Assembly (NCBI GenBank): GCA_049602075.1
Contig: JBMYRF010000020.1
Location: 68,240-132,239 of the forward strand
Direction: 5' to 3'
DNA length: 64,000 nt
Source of the DNA: Rubripirellula sp.
GTDB taxonomy: Bacteria > Planctomycetota > Planctomycetia > Pirellulales > Pirellulaceae
Part shown: positions 39,082-49,378 of the stretch, one piece after another
Position numbering within the stretch: position 1 is the first letter of the stretch
Layout of the letters: the number at the start of each line of letters is the position of its first letter
Translations under genes and position numbers: made by a program
The notes under the pieces: model-generated
What the model was told of the DNA's origin: nothing
Database searches by the model: none
What the model saw: the letters and a program-made list of their open reading frames with translations, nothing else

Positions 39082-42033
39082 ATGAAATCGATTTTTAATC
39101 TTTGTTTTTTTGCCCTCGCGGGTGTCTTGCTTTTCCCTGAGGGGGGGTATTCGCAGGGTTCAGCCCCAACCGCGGATGTAGCGGCTCAAGATTCGCCCGG
39201 ATCCGATCAGAATTCAGGCGGCGAATCGAAGGCAGCCGAAACGGCTGACCCGGCGGTCGCTCAAGACCCGCCTGCCGTCAGTGAGACACCAGCAAGTACC
39301 TCAACCCGAGTGGCTCCAGCGCGGCCAGTTATGCCGGCTGAACCTGTCTCGCCAACCGACAAGCAACAGCTGAGATTCAGTTTCGCGGGGACAGCTTGGC
39401 CACAAGTCCTGGATTGGTTTGCGGAAGAGGCGGATCTCGCACTCCAGCTTGACCAGTCACCTTCGGGGAGTTTCACCTTTTCGGATCCAACCAGGACCTA
39501 CAGCATTGCTGAAGCTCTGGACGTCATCAACTTGACGCTGATGAAGAGCGGATACACCCTGGTGCGTCGCGGTCGGATTCTGCAGGTGATCGATTTGGAA
39601 TTAGAAAACGCTGACAAAATGATCAGTGAGATTGCTGAACTCGTCGCCCCCGATCAGTTGGGCGAACGAGGGAAGAGCGACGTCGTTAGCAGTGTGTTTC
39701 CGTTGGGCAGCATGACACCTACCGAGGCTCGCGAAGAGATCTCTCAGATGGTTGGTCCATGGGGGCGCGTGATTGTGCTCGACTCGGCTCGCCAGGTGAA
39801 GGTAACTGAGACGGCAGGCAAGTTGATGGCGATTCGCGATTTGTTGGATACCGCATCGCAAGCTGACTCCAACGTAATCGAAATTGTTCTGGAGAACCGT
39901 GGTGCTGATGAGCTGCTAGAAATTGCTCGCCCACTGCTGGGTTTGGACGCGGGAGAGAACTCCGGAGATGACATCCGAATCTCGGTCGGACTATTTGGCG
40001 ACCGAATTTATGCTGCCGGCCTACCGGGGAAGACAGGTTTGCTGCAATCGATCGTTGAGAAAGCAGACCAGCCGCTTGAAGTGCCCGAGGGTGAAGAGGG
40101 AGCGGAAGTCGCCAAGCCAGTTTTCCAAACTCATACGGTTAGCTCAGCAGATATCACGACCGTGTTCGACGTGCTGCAAACGTTGCTCGCTGGGACACCA
40201 GAAGCTCGCATTGCGATTGATCCAAAAACGAATGCGATTATCGCCTGGGCACGCCCTGAGACCCACAAATTGATCGATACCACGGTCACAGAAATGGAAG
40301 GAAAAGGGACCAGTTTTAAAGTGATCGATTTGCGCCGGCTCGACCCAACTCAAGCTCTTTTGACGATTAATAAGTTCTTTGGTGTTTCCGAGGAGGGTGA
40401 AGGCGATGGACCAATCGTCGATGGTGACCCGGCAACCGGCAAGCTTTGGGTCCGGGGCACTGAGACCGAGATTACCTTGATCGAGAAACTGCTCAGTGAA
40501 TTAGAAGGCAGTGACTCGCTGGGGGGCTTGAGTGAGAAAGTTCGCCTGCTTCCTTACAGCGGTCGTGCCGCCGAGGATGCCCTGGAACAAATCGAATCGT
40601 TGTGGCCGGTAACTGGTCGAAAGAATCAAATCCGTACGTTCTCACCCTCGCGTGGGAATGGCGGATCCAACGGTGATCGCGGCGGTATTCCCGAGCGACG
40701 CGTTCCGCGTCGACCCGCGCCAGCAAACACACTTCCAGTGGATACCACCGAGGCTTCAGTTCAGCCGCAGCAACGTTATCACCTGGTCGTCGATCAAGAC
40801 GTAACCGGTGCGACCGAGGCAACGCCGACGGTGGCGACGACACCACAAGATTCCTCCTCCCTCCGCTTGAATGTGGAAGGGGCCGACATCGTCGTTCAAA
40901 TGACGCCCGCAGGAATGCTGATTGCATCGGAGGACACCGAAGCGCTGGACGCTTTCCAATCGTTGTTGGAATCACTGGCAACGCCATCGGGTGTTGCTTC
41001 GGATTTGCCGACCATCATCTGGTTGAAATACATCAAGGCGGACGTCGCTTCCGAGTTGATCGCGAAAGTGCTTGGTGGCGGCGAAAGCTCGATTTCATCA
41101 GCCGTCGAGTCGGTTGCTGGAGGTCTTGGTGGCGGTATGTTGGGGCTGCTTGGCGGATTCGGTGGTGGCGGTGGTGAATCGACTGGAGCTCAATCAATCC
41201 TCACCAGCTCTGGATCGGTCAACATCGTGCCCGACCCTCGGCTCAACGCGCTGATTATCCAAGCGAATCCAATCGACATGCAGATGATCGAGTTAATCCT
41301 CGAAAAGATCGACATTCAAGAGAGTCCCGAAGATGTTGAAACGGTTGCTAAGCCCGCGCTGATTCCTGTGATCTACCAAGATGCCTCGGATGTCGCGACG
41401 GTCGTTAAGTCAGTGTTCGCCGATCGGGTCACAGGTGGTGAAGCGAGTCGTGGTGGCGGTGGTCGTGGTGGACAGCCATCACCGGAGGACTTCATCAACG
41501 CCCTTCGTGGTCGAGGCGGTCGCGGAGGTGGCGGAGGTGGTGGATCCGCAACGAGTGAGCCAGCCAAAATCAGCATCGCTGTGGACACGAAAAGTAATTC
41601 CTTGGTTGTGACGGCGACTCCCCAGGACTTCAAGGAAGTGCGAGAACTTGTCGAGGCACTCGATTACAGTAGCCAGCCGAGCGAGGAAGTGGTCGAGATC
41701 GCTCCCTTGCGCGGTGATGTGAATCCTGAGGTGATCAAGCTGGCGTTGGAGTCAATCCTGGGGCAGCAGACCGGTTCGACGAAAGAAGCTTCCGCTAATA
41801 AAACACCTAGCAGCGGTAGCGGTAGTGGCAGTACTAGCAGTAGTTCACAACCGAGCACGTCAGACATTCAACGCCGGATAGAAGCTTTTCGTGCGATGCG
41901 AGCTGGAGCCGGTGGCAGTTCTGGCTTTCGCGGATTTGGTGGTGGCGCGCCAAGTGGTGGTCGTGGCGGGGCGGGCGGTGGCGGTGGCGGGCCAGGCGGT
42001 GGTCGTGGCGGGCCGGGTGGCGGCGGACGCTGA
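39082..42033 (+). CDS. Secretin N-terminal-domain protein (GspD-like N0 plus about 7 NolW-like repeats, no secretin C domain)
   Basis: Signal peptide. N0-like LRFSFAGTAWPQVLDWFA...FTFSD. Repeated units such as IAIDPKTNAIIAWA, IVPDPRLNALIIQA, IAVDTKSNSLVVTA. Ends in a Gly/Arg tail. Upstream of gspE-gspF. Confidence 0.85.
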   Translation: MKSIFNLCFFALAGVLLFPEGGYSQGSAPTADVAAQDSPGSDQNSGGESKAAETADPAVAQDPPAVSETPASTSTRVAPARPVMPAEPVSPTDKQQLRFSFAGTAWPQVLDWFAEEADLALQLDQSPSGSFTFSDPTRTYSIAEALDVINLTLMKSGYTLVRRGRILQVIDLELENADKMISEIAELVAPDQLGERGKSDVVSSVFPLGSMTPTEAREEISQMVGPWGRVIVLDSARQVKVTETAGKLMAIRDLLDTASQADSNVIEIVLENRGADELLEIARPLLGLDAGENSGDDIRISVGLFGDRIYAAGLPGKTGLLQSIVEKADQPLEVPEGEEGAEVAKPVFQTHTVSSADITTVFDVLQTLLAGTPEARIAIDPKTNAIIAWARPETHKLIDTTVTEMEGKGTSFKVIDLRRLDPTQALLTINKFFGVSEEGEGDGPIVDGDPATGKLWVRGTETEITLIEKLLSELEGSDSLGGLSEKVRLLPYSGRAAEDALEQIESLWPVTGRKNQIRTFSPSRGNGGSNGDRGGIPERRVPRRPAPANTLPVDTTEASVQPQQRYHLVVDQDVTGATEATPTVATTPQDSSSLRLNVEGADIVVQMTPAGMLIASEDTEALDAFQSLLESLATPSGVASDLPTIIWLKYIKADVASELIAKVLGGGESSISSAVESVAGGLGGGMLGLLGGFGGGGGESTGAQSILTSSGSVNIVPDPRLNALIIQANPIDMQMIELILEKIDIQESPEDVETVAKPALIPVIYQDASDVATVVKSVFADRVTGGEASRGGGGRGGQPSPEDFINALRGRGGRGGGGGGGSATSEPAKISIAVDTKSNSLVVTATPQDFKEVRELVEALDYSSQPSEEVVEIAPLRGDVNPEVIKLALESILGQQTGSTKEASANKTPSSGSGSGSTSSSSQPSTSDIQRRIEAFRAMRAGAGGSSGFRGFGGGAPSGGRGGAGGGGGGPGGGRGGPGGGGR

Positions 42034-42288
42034 GTCTGACACAAACTTGGTCGGTCAAGCCGCGCGACTTAAAAGCTTGGTTGCCAGCATCACCGGGCGT
42101 CCAAAATTAGCAGATCTCATCGTGGTTGCGTCGAGCGGAAGCTAGCGAGCTAGCGAGTTCCGTTGCTGCAAGTTAGCAGCCGATGGAAAAAGTGGGAGCG
42201 AGTGTCGCGACTCGTCGGTGTCGAGTAACGAACATCAGTAACAGCAGACGGACTTGGCAAGCGGACCAGGAATAGAAGGAGCCGAACT

Positions 42289-43980
42289 ATGATCATGCAC
42301 GCGGGCGAAATTTTACGCCGCCGTGGGTTGCTCAGCGAAGAACAGCTTGAGCAGAGCCGCAGTAGCGATGCGACTAGCGTCGTCCAAGCTGCAATCTCGC
42401 TCGGCTACGTCGAGGAGGGGGCAGCGCTTCGCGCTCTCGCCGACGAGGTTGGCCTGGATTACGTCGATTTGCGCGAGACCGACATCGACCTCACCGCGTT
42501 AGAGGGATTCCCGCAGAAACTGATCTACCGTCAATCGCTCTTTCCGATCGGTTTCGAGGACGACTCGATCATTGTCGCGACCTCTGATCCGCTCGATCTT
42601 TACCCATTGGACGAGGCCAGCGCCGCAACGGGCAAAAATATCATCCCGGTCGTTGCCGAACGGGACGAGATTGCTCGATTGATGAATCGCCATCTCGGTG
42701 TGGGTAGCGAGACGGTCGAGAATCTTGTCGCCGCTAAGACGGACGGCGAAGTCGAATTGCTCGAAAAGATCGAAACCGATGGTAGCGAACTGAGCGAAAT
42801 GGCTCAGGAGGCCTCTGTTGTTCGGTTGGTCAACGAAATCTTGCTCGAAGCGATCCAGTCGCGGTCTAGTGATGTTCACATCGAGAGCCAATCAAAAGGG
42901 TTGGTGATCCGGTATCGCATCGACGGGATCCTGCACCCTCAACCAACCCCGCCCGAAATCAATCAATTTCAGTCGGCGATTGTTAGCCGCTTGAAGATTA
43001 TGGCGAAGTTGAACATCGCTGAGAAACGGCTTCCACAGGACGGTCGCATCAAGCTAAGGGTGCATGGTCGAGAAGTCGACATTCGGATGAGCGTGATCCC
43101 GATGATTCACGGTGAAGGGATCGTGATGCGGATCCTTGATAAATCCGCGATGGTATTCAATCTGCAAGAGCTGGGAATGGCTCAGCATGTTTACGATGAC
43201 TTCAGCAAAATTATCGAATACCCGCACGGTATCATCCTCGTAACAGGGCCAACTGGTTCTGGTAAGACGACGACGCTTTACAGCAGTTTGCTGCAAATCC
43301 AAAGTCCCGAAACCAAAATCATTACGACAGAGGATCCGGTCGAGTACCAGCTGGACGGTATCAATCAGATTCAAGTTCATTCGAAAATCGGTTTGACATT
43401 CGCTCACACGCTCCGAAGCATTTTGCGGCATGACCCTGATGTCGTTCTGGTCGGTGAAATTCGTGACTTGGAAACGGCGGAGAACGCGATTCAAGCTTCG
43501 TTGACCGGTCACTTGGTCTTCAGCACACTGCACACTAATGATGCCTCCGGGGCGTTTACGCGGATGAGTGACATGGGAGTTGAGCCCTTCCTGGTTGCCG
43601 GCACGGTGGAAGCAGTGATGGCTCAGCGATTGTTGCGGCGTCTATGTAAACATTGCAAGGAATCGTACCAGCCCAGCCGAGTCGATGTTCCAGGCGACTT
43701 CCCTTGGGACATGTTGGATGGCCGTGAGATCTTCCGGAGTGTCGGATGCCGCGAATGCCGCCACGTTGGCTACACCGGTCGAATGGGTATCTATGAATTG
43801 TTGACTGCGAATGACGAAATCCGAGAGCTTGCGCTCAAGCGAACCAGTAGCTGGGAGATTCGAAAAGTCGCAGTGAAGTGTGGAATGAGAACCTTGCGAA
43901 TGGACGCTTGGGATAAAGTTGTCTCCGGAGATACTTCAGTGGACGAGGTTCTTCGCGTCACCAAGGGTGAGGCGCTTTAG
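42289..43980 (+). CDS. gspE: Type II/IV secretion ATPase GspE/PulE
   Basis: Walker A GPTGSGKTTT, TTEDPVEY, LRSILRHDPDVVLVGEIRD, STLHTND, CKHC...CREC Zn motif. AAGGAG RBS. Confidence 0.95.
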   Translation: MIMHAGEILRRRGLLSEEQLEQSRSSDATSVVQAAISLGYVEEGAALRALADEVGLDYVDLRETDIDLTALEGFPQKLIYRQSLFPIGFEDDSIIVATSDPLDLYPLDEASAATGKNIIPVVAERDEIARLMNRHLGVGSETVENLVAAKTDGEVELLEKIETDGSELSEMAQEASVVRLVNEILLEAIQSRSSDVHIESQSKGLVIRYRIDGILHPQPTPPEINQFQSAIVSRLKIMAKLNIAEKRLPQDGRIKLRVHGREVDIRMSVIPMIHGEGIVMRILDKSAMVFNLQELGMAQHVYDDFSKIIEYPHGIILVTGPTGSGKTTTLYSSLLQIQSPETKIITTEDPVEYQLDGINQIQVHSKIGLTFAHTLRSILRHDPDVVLVGEIRDLETAENAIQASLTGHLVFSTLHTNDASGAFTRMSDMGVEPFLVAGTVEAVMAQRLLRRLCKHCKESYQPSRVDVPGDFPWDMLDGREIFRSVGCRECRHVGYTGRMGIYELLTANDEIRELALKRTSSWEIRKVAVKCGMRTLRMDAWDKVVSGDTSVDEVLRVTKGEAL

Positions 43981-45192
43981 ATGCCGACGTTCGCCTACAT
44001 CGCTCGCGATATGACGGGCAAGCAAATCACCGGCACGGTTGACGCCACCGGGGAACGCGAAGCAGCAGCATTGCTGGCCGAGCGGTCTCTGTTTCCTGTG
44101 CAGGTCAGCGATGCAAGCCCTGCCGCATCACGCTCACTGTTTGGCAAACGCAAGAAAGTCAAAGGCCAAACAATGGCGATTTTCTATGCGCAAATGGCGT
44201 CGCTGCTACGGGCCGGTGTGCCGATGATCCGTTCCCTAAATGTGCTCTCCGAGCAAAGCTCGGATGCGGTTCTCAAGGAAGTGATTCTTGAGATTCGTGG
44301 CCGCGTAGAAGAAGGCGAGCCGATCGGCGATTCGATGGCCCGCTATCCCGACATCTTCAGCGACATGGCTTGCAACATGGTGCGAGCAGGTACCGAGGGT
44401 GGTTTTTTGGAAGATGCTCTCGACCGAGTTGGTGCCTTCACCGAACTGCAGGAAGACCTCAAAGGTCGTACCATCAGCGCGATGGCTTACCCGATCTTTT
44501 TGTTCTCTGTTGGTACCGTAGTGCTTTCCGCACTCTTGGTCTTTTTCGTGCCGAAGTTCGACATGTTGTTTGATCGTTTGCGACGCAATGATCAAATGCC
44601 GACAGCGACCGAATGGTTGCTGACCTTCAGTAACTTTTTGCAGAGCTACGGTTGGATCTTGTTGGCAGCGATTTTGGGAGGCTTGGTTTTCGCGAAAGTG
44701 AAGCTAGAGACGGATGCCGGCAAGGCGTTTGCCGATCGCGCGAAACTCAAAATCCCAGTGTTGGGGAATATTTTGATGAACCTCGCGGTCGCGCGATTTT
44801 GTCGAGTGCTGGGAACACTGCTCGGAAATGGCGTGCCGATCTTGAAGTCACTGGAAATCAGTGGGACTGCGGCAGGTAATCGCTTGCTGCAGGATTCCGT
44901 TGCAGATGCTTCGGAAAACATTAAGGGGGGGGATTCACTCGCATCGCCGCTCCGCGCCAGCGGGCACTTCCCTGCCTCCGTCGTTGAAATGATCAGCGTT
45001 GGTGAGGAAAGTAATTCGCTCGACACGGTGCTGCCGGATATCGCCGATTCATTAGAGAAGACGACGTTCCGAAGGCTTGACCTCTTCGTGCGATTGCTGG
45101 AACCAATTATGTTGCTGGTTATGGCAATCCTTGTGCTCGGTGTCGTGATGGCATTGCTGGTGCCGGTGCTCAAGAGCAGTACCACCCTGTAA
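43981..45192 (+). CDS. gspF: Type II secretion inner-membrane platform protein GspF/PilC
   Basis: MPTFAYIARD start, LLRAGVPMIRSL, VRAGTEGG, LLGNGVPILKSL, MISVGEESNSL, three TM segments. Abuts the gspE stop. Confidence 0.95.
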   Translation: MPTFAYIARDMTGKQITGTVDATGEREAAALLAERSLFPVQVSDASPAASRSLFGKRKKVKGQTMAIFYAQMASLLRAGVPMIRSLNVLSEQSSDAVLKEVILEIRGRVEEGEPIGDSMARYPDIFSDMACNMVRAGTEGGFLEDALDRVGAFTELQEDLKGRTISAMAYPIFLFSVGTVVLSALLVFFVPKFDMLFDRLRRNDQMPTATEWLLTFSNFLQSYGWILLAAILGGLVFAKVKLETDAGKAFADRAKLKIPVLGNILMNLAVARFCRVLGTLLGNGVPILKSLEISGTAAGNRLLQDSVADASENIKGGDSLASPLRASGHFPASVVEMISVGEESNSLDTVLPDIADSLEKTTFRRLDLFVRLLEPIMLLVMAILVLGVVMALLVPVLKSSTTL

Positions 45193-46512
45193 GCACGGCT
45201 TGGTACGCAGTCCTAGCGTTTGGCGGAGAGGGGATAAAACGTCGCCGCCCGGAGCCTGTATTGGCCAGTTGACGCTGGGCCCAAATTTGATGGGCAAGTG
45301 CATGTCGGTATTGGTTCCATCCCGGTAATCGTCTGATTGTTCGGTGACCCGGCCTCGCGTGATTCGATGGCGACTCGCAAAGCTCTGTTTTCCGGCCATT
45401 GAGGACCTAGTGCATCCGTCCTTCTCGCGTCCTCTCGAAGCAGCGATAGAACCTGGCTTGGTGATCAGACTTGAGGGATTCGCGATCGTTATCTCGCTCT
45501 TTCCCTTTCCGAAACCGCTTCAGAATCGCGGCTTTTGAAAAAGAAAAAAAGTTTTTTTCTGCCGGAATGAGAGGGCTGGCAGCCTTCAGGGCGGACGATT
45601 CACGTCAAGAAAAGGTGCCGGCGAGGAGGCAACATTACTGGGGCAAAGCGATGCCGCACTGCCCCGCCAGCACTCTCGGATTGTACCAGAATGCGTCGCT
45701 CTTTGCCTCCTCCTAGAGACCGAAAAGTTGGCTTGCAAACCCGAAGGAGAAGGGATTGGAGGGATCGGAGAAGCCAGGGTGTCTCCAGCGGGATTTCGGG
45801 CTGTGCGGAGGTCGGATGTGTCGAGAATCTCATTGTTTCCTAGTGTTTTACGTTCACTGCGCGGTTCACTACACAATTTTTTACCCCTTCGGTTGAGTGC
45901 TGATTTGCGATGCACCTCCGATAGCACCCCTGTAGTGGTTTTCTGCGAGCCCGATTTTGGCAGAGCTGGAACAGCTTCCGAGTGCCCGTGAGTTTGCCGC
46001 CGAATCACACTTGCTTCGAGCGTTGGAAGCCGCCAGAGAAGGTCAATTTACTGCGCGGTGCCGGTCGTGAAATGTCCGCGACCGGGGCTGGCTCTACCGT
46101 CTACTTTCACATGCCTTGAGACTCCTCTTGGCACGCAAGTTTTGACAGGTTGGCAAGCGTCCAATTCGCATCCGAAAGACGCCGTTGAATTGGTTCGCAT
46201 CAAACAGGATGCCAAATCGAGAGTTTTTTTTTGCAACACGAATTCACACCTGCCAGCGTGCTCTTTCCCTCTAGGCGACTTGAAAACAGATGCCTAGGAT
46301 CGTGCTTGTTGGTGATGCAAAGGAGATCGCGATCGACTGATGCATCGCAACGTTGATCGCACGGCAAGACGCTGCGATCTGTTGAACAACGAGTTGTCAA
46401 ACGACGATCGGTACAACGGCGTTCTGGGGGTGAGGTGTGATGGGGGCATTCGCACCTCGTGTCCCCCAGGACGCTTTTTTTGTTCAGATCTTATTCAGCT
46501 ACAACATGCTTG

Positions 46513-46589
46513 CACTTCGCAGGCTTTCCACTTCGCAGGCTTTCCACGCTGTAGGCTTTCCACGCTGTAGGCTTTCCACGCTGTAGGCC
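46513..46589. repeat. 16-bp tandem repeat x5 (CACTTCGCAGGCTTTC x2, CACGCTGTAGGCTTTC x3)
   Basis: Adjacent copies in two sequence variants, no spacers, about 150 bp upstream of the esterase gene. Confidence 0.92.
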
Positions 46590-46742
46590 TGTGATCTTTC
46601 CGTTTGTTCATCTGGTTCGCATTGAGGCTGTTGGCTTGCATCCTTGGCAGCTTACGATTTTGTTTGCCAGGCAAAGTTGCTTACCATATTGTTCACATTG
46701 CGTCCGGCTGATTCTTCTCTCTCCTGTTAGGACAAATCTTCC

Positions 46743-47651
46743 ATGAACCGTATTGTCATCACGTTGTCGATTGCCATGTTTGCGATTACCGCTGAGGCGA
46801 AGGAGTATCACCTCTTTTACTTGGGTGGGCAGTCCAACATGGACGGCTACGGATTCGTGAAAGAGTTACCTGAATCGCTTTCCAAGCCGATCGCGGACGT
46901 CATGATTTTTCACGGCAACCAATCGCCTGATCAGCAACCGGTTGATGGGCGTGGACTGTGGTCGCCGTTGCAAACTGGTCATGGTGTCGGATTCTCGTCT
47001 GATGGTAAGTCGAATCAGTATTCGGAGCGATTTGGTGTAGAGCTCACATTTGCATTAGCATTGAAAAAAAAGATGCCCGACGTGAATATTGCGTTGATCA
47101 AATACTCACGTGGTGGCACGTCGATTGCGGAAGAAGCAGCTCGTCAGTTTGGGTGTTGGGAACCTGATTTTAACCAAGGCACCGGGGATGGGAGGGGAAT
47201 CAATCAATACGATCATTTTTTGGCAACGATTCGGCACGCAACCGGCCACAGCGATATCGACGGCGATGGCGAGCCCGATACATTGATCCCGTCAGGTATT
47301 GTTTGGATGCAGGGTGAAAGTGATGCCGGAACTGAAGCGGTCGCCGTGCGGTACCATGCCAACCTGAAGCGATTAGTTGATCTCATCCGAGCCGCATTGC
47401 GAACGGATGATCTGCCCACCGTGATCGGGCGTATCTCTGATTCCGGTGGTGAAGGGAAAAACAAGGTTTGGAAATTCGGCGACACCGTTCGGCAGCAACA
47501 AGCTGAGTTTGTCGAGGCGGACGGAAACGCCGCGTTGGTAACCAGCACCGATCAGTACGGATACAGTGATCCGTGGCATTACGATACCGCCGGCTACATT
47601 GATCTGGGCGAGGAGTTTGGCAAAGCGATGGCTGAGTTAGTTCAGCGATAG
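46743..47651 (+). CDS. Secreted SGNH-type sialate O-acetylesterase / CE6-like esterase (SASA domain)
   Basis: Signal peptide, GGQSNM, WMQGESDA, DPWH catalytic D-x-x-H. Confidence 0.88.
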   Translation: MNRIVITLSIAMFAITAEAKEYHLFYLGGQSNMDGYGFVKELPESLSKPIADVMIFHGNQSPDQQPVDGRGLWSPLQTGHGVGFSSDGKSNQYSERFGVELTFALALKKKMPDVNIALIKYSRGGTSIAEEAARQFGCWEPDFNQGTGDGRGINQYDHFLATIRHATGHSDIDGDGEPDTLIPSGIVWMQGESDAGTEAVAVRYHANLKRLVDLIRAALRTDDLPTVIGRISDSGGEGKNKVWKFGDTVRQQQAEFVEADGNAALVTSTDQYGYSDPWHYDTAGYIDLGEEFGKAMAELVQR

Positions 47652-48034
47652 AAGGTGTCGGCGTGGTGTGGCGGTCATCGCAGCTGGATTCTGATGTTCC
47701 ACCTGCCTGTTATCTGCGTCGACGTCTTTCACAGCACCCTTGATCACGAAGCGAGCTTGTTTCTGAGTCACAGGAGTTTGTTCTGGGGGACACAGTCAGA
47801 GTCACACAGTCAGGAAGCTTTTTTGGCGGTAAACATTTTGGATTGGCGGTCAGCTAGGTGGTACTGCGGAAACAGACGCTCACTCGCATTCCTTGATGAC
47901 GTTCAATCAATTCTTGACCTGCACCTCGACTGATCGCAATTCCAATGGCCCACTCCCACCGGCATTTCGCTTCGCGGGCATCTGGCCGTAGATGACGAGT
48001 TTTTAGGAAGAGGGGCAGCTTCTCAGGTCTTTGA

Positions 48035-49378
48035 TCAGGAGACCGCTCCCGGTGGGATTTCCTCATTCCGTTTGCGTTTCTGCAGATACATCTTGATTGG
48101 CACTTCACCAAACCGAAGGTGATCTCGAAGGACGCCGATGAGGTAGCGTTGGTAGTCGTTGCCAAATGCTTGCGGGTCGCTGCAGATCAAAACGATGGTG
48201 GGAGGCTCGGTGGTGACCTGAGTCGCGTAATAGATCTTCGGTCGACGGTTTTGGTACAGGGGTGGCTGGTGCGCTTCGATTGCGGCCCGCAACACCCGGT
48301 TCAAGACACCGGTCGAGACACGCTCGCGAGCTTGTTTGAACAGCATGGTCGCATGGTTCAACAGTGCTTTGACATTCTTACCTGATTGTCCGGTAATGAA
48401 CGCGATTGGTGCGTAGGCCAGCGTGGGGAATTGGGCTCGCAGGTATCGGACCCAGCGATCGGTTGCCACTTCACCGTGCAATTGATCCCACTTGTTAATC
48501 ACAAAGATGCATGGCTTGTAGTTCTCCATCACGTAGCCAATTAGCTGCTTGTCGACTTTGCTGACTGTTTCGGTGGCATCAAAAAACATCAGCACAACGT
48601 CGGCCCGGCGGACACTACGCTGGGCGCGGTGGGTGCCATAAAATTCCAGGTCGGTCCGTTGGCTTTTTCGTTTTCTAAGGCCTGGGGTGTCAATTGCCGT
48701 AAAGGTTTGGCCATCGAGCGTGAATTGCACGTCGACGCTGTCTCGCGTTGTGCCGGGGACTTCACTGACGATCATTCGATCGGTTTCGGCAAGCGTATTG
48801 ACGAACGTGCTCTTGCCGACGTTGCGGCGTCCCACGATCGTCAGTTTCATTCGCGGTGTCTCCACCGTCTCTTCATCTTTATCGGGTAGATGATCGGCAA
48901 TCAAATCGATCAGCGCATCGCGGTTGCGATTTTGGGTGGTACTGACACAGATCAGATCCTTGTGTCCGAACTTATGGAATTCCTCGGCTTGGGTGTCAAA
49001 GTGGGGCTGATCGGCCTTGTTGGCGACCAGAATGACTGGCCGTTGCAAGCCTCGTAACCGCTCAACGACTTCTTCGTCCAGTGGCATCAATCCCGTTTGG
49101 ACATCGACGACCAGTAACACGATATCGGCGGAATTGATCGCCAATTCGATTTGGCGCCGCACGTCAGCGGTCAGGTCATCCTCGTCCTCGATGCCCATGC
49201 CGCCTGTGTCGATCAATTCAAAATAGCGATCATCGGCTTCGATCAGTGTGGTCATCCGGTCGCGGGTGACCCCTGCATAATCATCGACGATCGCCAGGCG
49301 GCGACGGGCCAACCAATTGAAAAGACTACTTTTGCCAACATTCGGTCGACCGACGATTGCAACATGAGGAACGGGCAT
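48035..49378 (-). CDS. der: Ribosome biogenesis GTPase Der (EngA)
   Basis: Two GTPase domains (GRPNVGKSS, DTGG, NKAD; GRRNVGKST, DTPG, NKWD) and a KH-like C-terminus. Start MPVPHVAIV at 49378. Confidence 0.97.
   Translation of the reverse strand: MPVPHVAIVGRPNVGKSSLFNWLARRRLAIVDDYAGVTRDRMTTLIEADDRYFELIDTGGMGIEDEDDLTADVRRQIELAINSADIVLLVVDVQTGLMPLDEEVVERLRGLQRPVILVANKADQPHFDTQAEEFHKFGHKDLICVSTTQNRNRDALIDLIADHLPDKDEETVETPRMKLTIVGRRNVGKSTFVNTLAETDRMIVSEVPGTTRDSVDVQFTLDGQTFTAIDTPGLRKRKSQRTDLEFYGTHRAQRSVRRADVVLMFFDATETVSKVDKQLIGYVMENYKPCIFVINKWDQLHGEVATDRWVRYLRAQFPTLAYAPIAFITGQSGKNVKALLNHATMLFKQARERVSTGVLNRVLRAAIEAHQPPLYQNRRPKIYYATQVTTEPPTIVLICSDPQAFGNDYQRYLIGVLRDHLRFGEVPIKMYLQKRKRNEEIPPGAVS

Noticed and set aside
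45623-45712. c-di-GMP-I riboswitch (GGCAAA...GACGCA fragments on the minus strand)
   Set aside because: The GNRA-capped stem between the two motifs and the downstream receptor stem are missing.
46513-46589. 16-bp (and 15-, 17-, 20-bp) repeat arrays as mini-CRISPRs
   Set aside because: Units are directly adjacent with no unique spacers, are shorter than CRISPR repeats, and no cas gene is present.
45193-46742. Hidden or pseudogenised gspG after gspF, and the 140-aa ORF 45586-46008
   Set aside because: No prepilin-like FTLxE plus hydrophobic helix found, and the ORF has no signal, motif or protein-like composition.
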